Origin: an uncultured Acidobacteriota bacterium
Lineage (GTDB): Bacteria > Acidobacteriota > Thermoanaerobaculia > UBA5066 > DATFVB01
Reading direction: 5' to 3'
Assembly (NCBI GenBank): GCA_963813155.1
Contig: CAWEYG010000002.1
Coordinates: 128,001-192,000, forward strand
Length of the DNA stretch: 64,000 nucleotides
Part shown: positions 49,729-59,537 of the stretch, piece after piece
Layout of the letters: each line of letters begins with the position of its first letter
How positions within the stretch are numbered: position 1 is the stretch's first letter
Position numbers and translations under genes: made by a program
The notes under the pieces: model-generated
The model's database searches: none
What the model was told of the DNA's origin: nothing
Seen by the model: the letters and a program-made list of their open reading frames with translations, nothing else

Positions 49729-50292
49729 ATGCCGAAGCTGTCTTCCCAGGACATTGGCGCCGAGTTCGCCGGTCCCGCCAAGGCCTATCCCCCGAAGGTC
49801 CCCATCGAGGGGGTCCGGGTGCACCGCCTCGCTCGCCACGTCGACGACCGCGGGTTTTTCATGGAGGTTTTTCGAAGCCGCGCGACCGGGGCCCACGGCG
49901 CGGCGCTCGCGGAATTCTGGGCGGGAGTCGACGCGGCCCAGTTGAACTTCTCGATCGTCAACGCCGAGAACCACGTGAAGGGCCTGCACTACCATCTCCA
50001 GCAGGAAGACATCTGGTTCTGCCCGCCTCCGTCGAAGATCAAGATCGTGCTCTTCGACCTCCGAAAGGATTCGAAGACCTTCCAGCAGACGCAGGTCCTT
50101 GTCGCCGGCGACGGCAACGACATCGTCGTGCGCATTCCGGAAGGCGTCGCGCACGGCTACCGCCCTCTGACGAACCCCTGCTCGCTTTTCTACATCGTGA
50201 CGAAGCCCTTCGAGCTCGACGATCCCGACGAGTTCCGGGTCGCCTGGGATCATCCGGCCATCAAGAACTTGTGGGAGACCCCCAACGGATAG
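49729..50292 (+). CDS. rfbC: dTDP-4-dehydrorhamnose 3,5-epimerase family
   Basis: DDRGFFME, KGLHYH, DLRKDSKT, IPEGVAHGY. Confidence 0.85.
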   Translation: MPKLSSQDIGAEFAGPAKAYPPKVPIEGVRVHRLARHVDDRGFFMEVFRSRATGAHGAALAEFWAGVDAAQLNFSIVNAENHVKGLHYHLQQEDIWFCPPPSKIKIVLFDLRKDSKTFQQTQVLVAGDGNDIVVRIPEGVAHGYRPLTNPCSLFYIVTKPFELDDPDEFRVAWDHPAIKNLWETPNG

Positions 50293-50317
50293 AGCCCGCT
50301 CTTCGCTCCGCACGAAG

Positions 50318-51292
50318 TTGCTGAGCTGGTTCGACCGCGAGAAGCGCGAGTTGCCGTGGCGGGGCACCGGAGATCCCTATGCGATCTGGGTGTCGGAGGT
50401 CATGCTCCAACAGACGACGGTCCAGACGGTCCTGCGGCGATACCCCGCGTTCCTCCGTCGTTTCCCGACCGTTCGCTCGCTCGCCCGCGCGCGGGAGGAT
50501 TCCGTGCTCGCCGCGTGGTCCGGGCTCGGCTACTACGGCCGGGCGCGAAACCTTCGCCTCGCCGCCCGAGAAATCGTCTCGAGCCACGGCGGAGTCATCC
50601 CCGCGGATGCCGACGCTCTCCGGAAACTGCCGGGATTCGGCCCGTACACCGCGGCTGCCGTCGCGGCGATCGCATTCGGGCGGCCGGCCCTGCCGATGGA
50701 CGCGAACATCCGGCGGGTCGTCTCCCGGCTGTTCGCGACGGCGGATCCCGCCGCGTTCCTTCCGCGAATCGTCGGCCGAAGCCGGACGGGCGACACGATC
50801 GCGGCGCTCTTCGACCTCGGCCAGATCCTCTGCCGGCCGCGAAATCCCCGGTGCTCCGAGTGCCCCCTCGAGCGGAGTTGCCGCGCCCGCCGCGAAGGTT
50901 CCGTCGCATCGTTCCCGACAAAAAGGTTGCTTGCGCCGTACCGGCCCGTTTACCTGTGCGCGGCAGCGATCGTCCGCGGCGGGAAGCTCTGGCTGAGAAG
51001 GCGGAATTCGACGTGGCTTGCCGGGCTCTGGGAATTTCCCTCCGTCGAAGCGGCGTCGAGGCGGGCGTCCCGGGCGGCGTTTCGGCGTCTCTACGGCGAC
51101 GCGACGCTCCTGGGAGAAGTCGAGCACACGGTCGTGCGCCGCAAGGTGCGAGCCGAGCTGTACGGGACCGATCGCGCGCCCCTCGATTCGGAGGGCCGAT
51201 GGATGACGCTCCGCGAGGTCGGCACGCGCGCGTCGCCGACCCTGACGAGGAAGATCGCCGCTCTTCTTTCGCGACGCGGATTCCGGGCGTAG
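50318..51292 (+). CDS. mutY: A/G-specific adenine glycosylase
   Basis: LPWR, WVSEVMLQQT, GLGYY, LPGFGPYTA, C.P..P.C..CPL...C, GLWEFP. Confidence 0.93.
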   Translation: MLSWFDREKRELPWRGTGDPYAIWVSEVMLQQTTVQTVLRRYPAFLRRFPTVRSLARAREDSVLAAWSGLGYYGRARNLRLAAREIVSSHGGVIPADADALRKLPGFGPYTAAAVAAIAFGRPALPMDANIRRVVSRLFATADPAAFLPRIVGRSRTGDTIAALFDLGQILCRPRNPRCSECPLERSCRARREGSVASFPTKRLLAPYRPVYLCAAAIVRGGKLWLRRRNSTWLAGLWEFPSVEAASRRASRAAFRRLYGDATLLGEVEHTVVRRKVRAELYGTDRAPLDSEGRWMTLREVGTRASPTLTRKIAALLSRRGFRA

Positions 51293-51301
51293 AATCGTCG
51301 C

Positions 51302-51748
51302 ATGGCCAGATACGCCTCCCTCGCGGTCCTCGCGCTCTCCGCGGTCATCCGAGCCGACACTCTCGTCATGAAGTCCGGCGAGAAATATCAGCTGAAGGTG
51401 CCCGCGACGCACAAGAACGGCAGGGTCACGTTCACGACGACGGCGAATCGCTTTCTCTCGGTCAGCGAATCGGAGGTCGCCCAGGAAATCGCAGGACCGC
51501 CGCCCCCGCCGCCGAAACAGATCAATCGAACCGATTCGCGCCAACTCGGAGCGATCGCGCGGGAGCAGCGCGAAGAGCAGGGAAAGTCCGCCCCGGTCGC
51601 CGGGAAATCGGCCGACAAAAAGACGCTCCGACGGGGCCTCCGGGGAAACCCGCAGCCCGACCGCGTCGAAAAAAAAGAAAAAGGCGTCCCGCGACTCCCC
51701 GCCTCCGCCCCCGGCCGCCAAGGACCAGTAGCTTCGACCAGTAGCTGA
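51302..51748 (+). CDS. Secreted hypothetical protein
   Basis: Signal peptide then ADTLVMKSG; TAGAAT 6 nt upstream; C-terminus low complexity and uncertain. Confidence 0.6.
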   Translation: MARYASLAVLALSAVIRADTLVMKSGEKYQLKVPATHKNGRVTFTTTANRFLSVSESEVAQEIAGPPPPPPKQINRTDSRQLGAIAREQREEQGKSAPVAGKSADKKTLRRGLRGNPQPDRVEKKEKGVPRLPASAPGRQGPVASTSS

Positions 51749-51753
51749 GAAAA

Positions 51754-52539
51754 ATGAGAGCGCTCTACCAGGGACGAAACGTCGAGGTCCGGGAGGAAGG
51801 GAACGGCCCGCCGGTCGTTCTCGTCCACGGGTATCCGCTGGACGGCGACATGTGGAACCCGGTGTCCAGCATTCTCGCCCGGAAGTTCCGCGTGTTGCGG
51901 CCGGACCTCCCGTCGCGGCGCGACACGCCGCATCCGACCTCGCCGACGGTCGCGGAGTATGCCTCGTGGATCTCCACCGTCGCGCAGGCGGCGGAATCTC
52001 CGGCCGGCATCGCCGGGTTCTCCATGGGCGGATACGTCCTGCTCGACCTCCTGAAGCGCAAACCGGCGTTCCTGCGCGCGGCTGCGTTCGTGGACACGAG
52101 AGCCGAAGCCGACGACGAGAAGGTTCGCGCCGCGCGAAACGCGGCGATCTTCACGGCCCGGGAGATGGGCCCGTCCGCCGTCTCGGACGGCATGGTCCCG
52201 AAGCTGCTCTCCCCGGCCGCCCGGAGCGACCGGCAGATCGCCTTCGCGGTGCGCGCGATCACCCGGCGCCAGAACCCGAACTCCCTCGAGAACGATCTGC
52301 TCGTCATGCAGGGGCGGCCCGACTCGACCGAGTTCCTCGCGGAGATCGGGATTCCGTGCCTCGTGGTTCGCGGCAGCCTCGATGCGATCACGCCCGCGGC
52401 CGCGGCCGAAGCGATGGCGAACCGGATCCCGGGCGCGCGCCTCGTGACGATCGAGGGAGCCGGCCACCTGACTCCGATGGAGAAGCCGGCGGAAGTCGCG
52501 GCGGCTCTCGGCGAGTTCTTCGAGAAGGCGCTTCTCTAG
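51754..52539 (+). CDS. Alpha/beta hydrolase (PcaD-like)
   Basis: HGYP, GFSMGG, D...P, AGHL. Confidence 0.88.
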   Translation: MRALYQGRNVEVREEGNGPPVVLVHGYPLDGDMWNPVSSILARKFRVLRPDLPSRRDTPHPTSPTVAEYASWISTVAQAAESPAGIAGFSMGGYVLLDLLKRKPAFLRAAAFVDTRAEADDEKVRAARNAAIFTAREMGPSAVSDGMVPKLLSPAARSDRQIAFAVRAITRRQNPNSLENDLLVMQGRPDSTEFLAEIGIPCLVVRGSLDAITPAAAAEAMANRIPGARLVTIEGAGHLTPMEKPAEVAAALGEFFEKALL

Positions 52540-55406
52540 AAGGCCACCCGCATCCCGAAACGCACGCTGCGCGGCGGCTGCCGCAGGACCGGTTTCTGTA
52601 GTTCGGGTTCGTCGGGGTCGGGCTACCGTTGTCAGCCTCCGCGAAGTCCCACCGCTCGTCCAGCAGAACCGGCCTCTGGGCGTTCAGCAGATTGAAGACG
52701 TCGGCCATCAGATTGATCGTCACCGGCCCGACCGCGAGGGGGTACCCGAGGTGCAGGTCCGCCTCGTAGGTGGACGGCGTCCGCCCTTCCGATCCCCGCT
52801 TCGTCAGGAACAGCTCGTACCGCCCGTACCCGTCGACGAATCCGTATCGCGAGATCGGCGTCCCGGTGCGGATAGTAGGTCGAGAGGCCGACGTTGAGAC
52901 CGAATGGCGCGGTGTAGGTTCCCGAGAGCTTGAGCTGACTCCGCCGGTCGTTCGACAGCGGGCCGCGGTTCGTGATCGGAGCGTAGCTCGCGAGCGTTCC
53001 GTCGAGAAAGTGGTTCGTCTGCGAAATCCGCGTAGTCGTAAGCGGCGGAAATGTTCGGATCGGCACCGACGTTCGTGAAGGGCGCGTACTCGCCGTCGTA
53101 GTTGCCGTCGAGCTTCGACCAGAGATACGAGGCGAGCATCGACCAGTTCTTGCTGAAGCGCTTCGTCGCATCGACTGCACTCCCGCGGAAAATTCGCTTC
53201 GCCGGCTTGCAGCGGTAAGGTACCGGCGGTCGAGTCGTAGTTGAAACGTCGAATCACGTTCTCGTCATGATTCCCTCGCCAGGATTGCCGATCGAATAGA
53301 CGCCGTCGACCGGGTCCGACAGGAAGTCCTCGATCACTTCGCCGTAGTTCCGATAGATGTACTTCACGCCAACCGCGAAATCGGGGACGATCTCGCGTTC
53401 GCCTCCGAGGACGAACTCCCGCACGTACTGGCCGCGCAGGTTCGGGTCGGCCGGCTCGATGTTCGCGCCGACGATGTTCGAGTTGGTGCCGAGGTCCGAA
53501 GCGGCGCTGTCTCCCGGCGCCGGATGAAAGTCGGTCGGCGAGTAGTTGAAAATGTGCGGCTGACGCTCGTACGAATACGACCGGATCACGAGGTCCATTG
53601 GAATCTCTTCGTAGAAGCGGCCGAACGAGCCGTAGACCTTCGTCTTCTGGTCGCGCGACGGGTCCCACGTGAATCCGAAGCGGGGCGCGAAGTCTTTCTT
53701 CAGGTCTATCTGCTGGACGCCCGCGGAATCGATGATCTTCTGGTTGTCCCACCGGACGCCGAGGTTCACGGTCAGGTTCGGCAGGATGTTCCACTTGTCC
53801 TGGACGTACGCCGTCAGCATCTTGTGCTCGGGCGACGCGTTCAGCTCCGAGAGCGGCGCGTCCTCGATCGTCGCGGTCTTCGTGGTCCAGTAGTTGTGCT
53901 GATAGATGAGCGGCAGGTGCGTTGTCGCGGAGTTCGGGTTCGTGAAGATCGAGCACCTGCTGGCCGCCCGACATGCGCTTGGTCACGTCGGCGGTTTCCT
54001 TCTCGTAGTCGAACGCCTCCCTTGATCTCGTGGTTTCCGAGGAACTTCGAAACCGAGCAGCGCGAAGTGATCGCGGCTGAAGTTCTTCTTCTGGATCAGC
54101 CCGAAACCGCCGGTCTGGAAGCCGCCGTTCATCTGATTCGACGAATTCGACGACGTCGCCGAGCCGCCGACGCCGGGCCGATCGAGTTTCGCTCTTCGTG
54201 CCGGGCCGCCTGAAGCGCGACGAGCCACGTACCCGCCGAACAGGTAATCGCCTCGCAACGGAGTAGTTCGGCCGCCGAAGTCCTGCCGTCCGAGAAACGT
54301 GTTCGGGTCGCCGTTCAAGGTGTGGTTGTTGTCGTTGATCGCGCCGCGTGCCGGCGCGGGTCCTGGAAGTACGATCCCACGATCGATCCGGCGTCGCCGA
54401 GCCGGTACGTGAGCTTCCCGGAGGCGAGATTCCGCGTCGACTTCGAATCGAACTCCTGGCCGGTGCTCGGTCCGTTCGTCAAAACGTTCTTCAACGTGTT
54501 GTCGACCCTGTCGTACGCGCCGAAAAACCATAGCCGGTCCTTGAGGAGGAATCCGCCGAGATCGGCGCCGAAGTCCTTTTTCGTGTAGCCCACCGACGCG
54601 CCCTGCGTCGTTTCGCCCACTTTTTCCGTATTCGCCTGAAGGCCGTCGTTGTCGTAGTAGCCGAACGCCTCGCCGTGGAACTCGTTTCCGCCCGACTTCG
54701 TGATGACGTTGATGATGCCGCCCGTCGAGCGGCCGTATTCGGCCTCGTATCCGCCCGTCTTCACCTCGATTTCCTGGATGAACTCGTAGTTCAGCGTCGT
54801 ACCCTGTTTGCCGTACTCGACGCCGCTCGTGTCGATGCCGTCGATGACGTAGGCGTTCTCCGAGCTCGAGGAGCCGTAGACGGTGAGAGAGGCCGAGTCG
54901 TTCTGCGGGTTGTACGGGTCGACGTCGTAGGAAACTCCGGGCGTCACCTGCGCGATCGAGGCGAAGTTCCGGTCGGTCGGGATCGTCTGGATCAGGTGCT
55001 GGTCCAGGTTCGTGCCGATCGTCGTGCTCGTCGTGTCGATGACCGGCGCCTCGCCGGTGACGACGACCGATTCCTTCGCCGAAGGCCTCATCTGGAAATC
55101 GACGACGCTCGTGCCGCCGAGGGCGACGGTGACCGCTTTCTTCTCCGTCGCGAAGCCCGCGAGGGTGGCGGAGACCTGGTAGCGGCCCGGAGGAAGGACC
55201 GGCAGCCGATAGGCGCCGCGCGAATCCGTCACCGCCGTCTGCGCGCCCTGCAGAGCGGGTCCCGTCGCCTCGACGTTGACTCCCGGCAGGGCGTCCCCGT
55301 TCTCGCCGAGTGTCCGGCCGGCGACCGATCCGGTCGTCTGCGCGCGCAGCGCAACGGCAGGCACAAGGGCAATCAACGCAAGCCAGAATTGCCGACGAAT
55401 TCGCAT
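52536..55406 (-). CDS. Oar-like TonB-dependent receptor with N-terminal carboxypeptidase-regulatory-like domain; many frameshifts between 52550 and 54360
   Basis: Signal peptide; EVKTGGYEAEYGRSTGG.IN.ITKSGGNEFHG; YVQDKW; PRFGFTWD; DVFNLLN; terminal Phe; fragments lie in several frames. Confidence 0.85.
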
Positions 55407-55452
55407 CGCTTCTGCTCCTCTTTTCTCTTCTTCCGGAATCTTCCCGGGGATT

Positions 55453-56157
55453 TTACACGGTTTCGGCAGCCGGTTTTGCGGGCTTCCGCGCGGTGGCCCA
55501 GAGGTACTGGGTCCCCGCTCCGGAGACGTCCTCGACGGAAAATCCCGCGCCGGCGAGCTCGCGCCTCAGGCGGCGCTCGGAAAACACGACGCCCGACCAG
55601 GAGTCCGCCGCCCACCGCCGGTACCACTGGCGGGTCCTCCCGTCGACGTTCGCGCGAAAGACCCCTCCCGGCTTCAGGACGCGGAAGGATTCCCGGATGT
55701 AGCGGCGAATGAAACGTGCCGCGGGCACGTGCTGAAAAACCAGGTGCGAGTAGACGAAGTCCGCGGTCTCCGACGGGATCGGCATGAGGTCGCCGTCGAC
55801 CCGGAGGAAATCGACGTTGTCCGTTCCCGCGCAGTACGTCCTCGCCCGGGAGAGCATCTCGGGCGACAGATCGCACGCATAGATGCGCGCGACGCGGGGC
55901 GAGAGAGCCCGGGCGAGCCGGCCGATCCCGCAGCCGATCTCGACCGCGACGGCCCGCGGCGGCAGGGCAATCCCCTTCAGGACCAGTTCGTCGAGATCGC
56001 GGCGGCCCGACTCTTCGAACGCCGGCCCCGTCGCGGCGGCGGGAAAGACGTAGAACGCCGCGTCCTTTCGAGCCCGCGCGTCCCAGTCCGCACGCATCGT
56101 CTTTCGCCGGCGGAGCAACCTCGCGGGAAGCGACCTCGTGAAGGGAACATCCCTCAC
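55453..56157 (-). CDS. Class I SAM-dependent methyltransferase
   Basis: EIGCGIGR, DLSPEML, VFQH, RVLKPGG; GTGA overlap with the upstream gene. Confidence 0.85.
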   Translation of the reverse strand: MRDVPFTRSLPARLLRRRKTMRADWDARARKDAAFYVFPAAATGPAFEESGRRDLDELVLKGIALPPRAVAVEIGCGIGRLARALSPRVARIYACDLSPEMLSRARTYCAGTDNVDFLRVDGDLMPIPSETADFVYSHLVFQHVPAARFIRRYIRESFRVLKPGGVFRANVDGRTRQWYRRWAADSWSGVVFSERRLRRELAGAGFSVEDVSGAGTQYLWATARKPAKPAAETV

Positions 56158-57306
56158 CGCAGCGCCCGTGCCAGGAGAACCCAGGGGCGCGCCAGGCGAA
56201 GCCACACGCCCTGCCACCGGCCTCTCGCGCGGGTCGCGGCCGCGAGCTCCACGCGGGAGGGGAAGAGCGCCCGAAACGCCGAGCGGAAGATCCTTCCGGC
56301 GCGGGAATGGTCGGTCGGTTCATAGAGCCAGCCGCGCAGGACGGACGATCGCGAGTACGCCCTATCCCGTGCGGCGGCGAGGACGTGGTGCAGAAAAGCC
56401 CGCTCGCCCGCGCTGCCCTCCCGCAACTTTTCGCCGGATCGAAGGCGAAAGCAGAGCCGGGCGACAGCGTCGATCTCGGCGGCCGACACATCGCGCGAAA
56501 TCCATCCCGCCCATGAGCGCCTGTCCCTCATGGCCCCCGGGAGATCGAGATCGACGAGATCCGCGACCATCCGCAGCATCGGGTAGGCGTGCGGAGCGAG
56601 ACCGTTCTGGCCGATCCCGTGGACGAGGGCATGCGCAATCAGGACCTCCCGCACCGGAACGGCCGGCGACCCCGGCGTCACGGCCGGGAACGCGCACAGC
56701 CCCCGATCGAGAAGGTCGCGGGCGTCGGCGGAACGGCGCCCGGCCACGCGGACCCCGAGGAGCTTCCGATGGATATCGACCGAGACCCCGAAGGGATGGA
56801 CGACGGGGCTCGTCTGGTGCTCGTACTCGGGGCATCCGGACGGGCGAAATCCCCTGTCCAGCAGGGCCCGACGGAATCTGCCGGACTCCCCTTCGGGGAC
56901 CAGAACGTCCACGTCGGAAGTGCCGCGAGCCTTTCCGATCGACGTAGCTCCCGATGGCGAGCGCCTGGAACTTCAGGTACACGAGCGGGATCCCGAGCTC
57001 GCCCGCGGCAGCCGCCACGTCCTGCGCGGCGAGAGTATTCAAGACCGCTTCGTCGGCGTTCCGCAGCGATGCGCGGGAGAACTCCGTGGCCGCCTCGCCG
57101 ATTTCGGCCTCGAGGCTCCCGGCGCCGGAGCGCGCGGCAATGCGGGCGGCCAGATCGAGACCGTTCGCGGTCGGGAACAGGGAACTTCCCTCCGGAACGT
57201 TCGGGAAACTCTTGCCCGGCGGTCCGAAAGCGCGCAGGAGCGCCCACTCCTCCCCGGCGGACATTTCGAGCGGCGGGGGACGAAATCGAAACCCGGAGGC
57301 TTTCAT
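56154..57306 (-). CDS. Uncharacterised nucleotidyltransferase family protein (frameshift near 56925)
   Basis: GIPLVYLK...L, SDVDVLV, VDIH, H...H, R.V.DL motifs. Confidence 0.72.
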
Positions 57307-57310
57307 GTGT

Positions 57311-57625
57311 CTAACGTTTCTTCTGGAGGCGCTCGTTCGCGGGCTTCGGCCGCTGGACCTGGCGAGTCCCCTCGAGGGCGAGATAGAGGAGTCCTCCCGC
57401 CAGCAGAAGGCCGAGCAGAACAGGGACGACGGCGAAGTAGATGCGGGCGCGCCAGTCGCGCCAGCTTCCCGCGTGGACGAGCGGCTTTCGCCAGCCGCAC
57501 GCGTGACAACGGTAGTAGTGAAGCGGCAGGATCAGGCGAAGCGCTCGTTCTCCCCGGGTCCGGGTCCTCGAGCGATAGAGCTCTTCGCTTCCGCAGTCGG
57601 GGCAAATGTCGATGCTGCTGATCAT
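57311..57625 (-). CDS. Small Zn-ribbon membrane protein
   Basis: CPDCGS...YRCHACGWR plus one TM helix. Confidence 0.7.
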   Translation of the reverse strand: MISSIDICPDCGSEELYRSRTRTRGERALRLILPLHYYRCHACGWRKPLVHAGSWRDWRARIYFAVVPVLLGLLLAGGLLYLALEGTRQVQRPKPANERLQKKR

Positions 57626-57671
57626 CCCACCATTGAAGTACCCGGAAATCATACCGGATATAATCGGCCCG

Positions 57672-58796
57672 ATGGCCTTGCAGAAGATCGCCACCTTCGA
57701 CGACTGGATCGACAATTTCCGCCAGTGGAAGAAGGACATCGGACTGACTCTGCCCCGGGAATTCGACGAGTTTCCGTTCGAGGCGAAGTTCGGAGAGCTC
57801 AAGACCGACGAGATCGAATACGGCGACTTCGCCGGCGGACGCAAGTGGGACCGGGTCACCCAGATCCCGCTTCAGCCCGTTCGCGACGCCCTGTTGAACC
57901 TGATCGTTTACCAGGGGGACACGGAATTCGCGTCGGTCGAACAGCAGCGCTACCTTCTCGAGTCCGCGCCCTCCCGCTACGACCTGGACTCCGCCTGCCG
58001 CATCATGGTCGAAGAAATGCGCCACGGGTGGCAGATGTGCAACCTGCTCGTGAACCACTTCGGCGAGACGGGAAAAGTCGAAGCGCGCAAGCTCCTGGAG
58101 CGCCGCGCCTGGGACAACAATCGGCTGCTCGGGTCGTTCAACGTCAACGTGAACCACTGGCTCGACTTCTTCACGTACACCGACTTCGTGGACCGCGACG
58201 GAAAATTCCAGCTCAACATGCTTTCGACTTCCGCATTCTCGCCGCTCGCCCGGTCCATGGGGCCGATGCTGAAGGAAGAGGCCTTTCACCTCGGCACCGG
58301 CCACATGGGTCTCCAGCGCATCGTCAAGCGGGGTGTCGTTCCGCTGTCGATCGTTCAGCGCTACATCAACAAGTGGGTCCCCACGGCCTACGACCTCTTC
58401 GGAACCGACCACTCCTCGTCCGCCCAGTGGCTCTACGTGTGGGGAGTGAAGGGACGATACGACGAGGGAAAGCAGGAGCGCAGCGCCGACAAGGAGCATC
58501 TCAACGAGAATTCCCGGGAGATGTTCCACTCGGAGGTTCGGAACCTGATCGACCAGGTCAACCGTCTGCTCCCCGAAAGCTCCGAGAAGCTCTACACGCC
58601 CGACCTCCGGTTCCATCGCGCGATCGGGGACTTCAAGGGCCAGCTCTGGTCGGTGACGGGAGAAGAGCTTTCGCCCGAATCCCACGCGCGGCATCTCGCC
58701 GAGACTCTTCCGCGGCCCGAAGACGAGATCGTACTGAAGGACATTTTTTCCTCCGGCGAGACCTGGATCGAGCCGCGGGAAACGAAGGCGAACTGA
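57672..58796 (+). CDS. BoxB/PaaA-like diiron oxygenase subunit
   Basis: QGDTEFASVEQQ, EEMRHGW, RLLGSFN, DRDGKFQL, EEAFH. Confidence 0.85.
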   Translation: MALQKIATFDDWIDNFRQWKKDIGLTLPREFDEFPFEAKFGELKTDEIEYGDFAGGRKWDRVTQIPLQPVRDALLNLIVYQGDTEFASVEQQRYLLESAPSRYDLDSACRIMVEEMRHGWQMCNLLVNHFGETGKVEARKLLERRAWDNNRLLGSFNVNVNHWLDFFTYTDFVDRDGKFQLNMLSTSAFSPLARSMGPMLKEEAFHLGTGHMGLQRIVKRGVVPLSIVQRYINKWVPTAYDLFGTDHSSSAQWLYVWGVKGRYDEGKQERSADKEHLNENSREMFHSEVRNLIDQVNRLLPESSEKLYTPDLRFHRAIGDFKGQLWSVTGEELSPESHARHLAETLPRPEDEIVLKDIFSSGETWIEPRETKAN

Positions 58797-58804
58797 CCGC
58801 GGGC

Positions 58805-59473
58805 ATGCGCCGAGCGCTGTTTCTCCTTCCGCTCCTCTTCCCGGCTCTGCCGCGGCAGGCGCGGGCGGCGACGACCCGCTGGCAGGCGTCGGCCGGGATC
58901 GCGGAAAACCGGCTGAACGTCTCGTGGGACAGCTGCCCGTCCGGCGCGCGCGAGTGGGAGGCGTTTCTTTCCCTCGACGGCGGCCGCAGCTTTCCCCTCC
59001 GGGTGACGCCCCATTTGAGCACGGAGGTTCGAGCTTTCTCCTGGCCGATTCCCTGGGTCCTCGCCGAGAACGCGAGGCTTCGCATTCGATTCGGCGACGG
59101 GACCTCCGAGCGGGAGTACGACGTCCCGGGCACGTGGGACATCGTTCCGTCCCGCGACTCCCGCCCGCTGTCGCCGGAGAGCCGCGACTTCGCGGCGAAT
59201 CCCGCGCGGGGCGAAGAAGAGACGTCCGCCTGGGTGGAATGGAACGGCGCGCGCCCTCGGACCGTCGTGCCGGCCGCGCCTCCCGGCGCCCGCTCCTCCT
59301 CCGAATGGCGCTCCCCGGAATCCGCGAGACCCGCGCTTCCTTCGCGAAAGCTCGCGCTCGCCCCGGTCTCCCCGAGGCCCGAAACCGTTCCTCCCTCTCC
59401 CGGCGGCCACGCGACCCGCAACGCCGCGTTTCGCCCTCCCCCGCTCGCCGTCTCTTCCCGCCTGAACCTCTGA
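58805..59473 (+). CDS. Secreted hypothetical protein with Pro-rich tail ending RPPP-X9
   Basis: Signal peptide; WEAFLSLDGG..F; low-complexity C-terminal third. Confidence 0.65.
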   Translation: MRRALFLLPLLFPALPRQARAATTRWQASAGIAENRLNVSWDSCPSGAREWEAFLSLDGGRSFPLRVTPHLSTEVRAFSWPIPWVLAENARLRIRFGDGTSEREYDVPGTWDIVPSRDSRPLSPESRDFAANPARGEEETSAWVEWNGARPRTVVPAAPPGARSSSEWRSPESARPALPSRKLALAPVSPRPETVPPSPGGHATRNAAFRPPPLAVSSRLNL

Positions 59474-59537
59474 GCCCTCCGCCTCTCGCGATTCCATTCC
59501 GCCACTCGCGCGGGAATTGAATTTTTTCGAGGAGGAA

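Noticed and set aside
59474-59537. Cobalamin or other riboswitch before the TonB receptor
   Set aside because: The gap is 64 nt and has no B12-box or other aptamer consensus.
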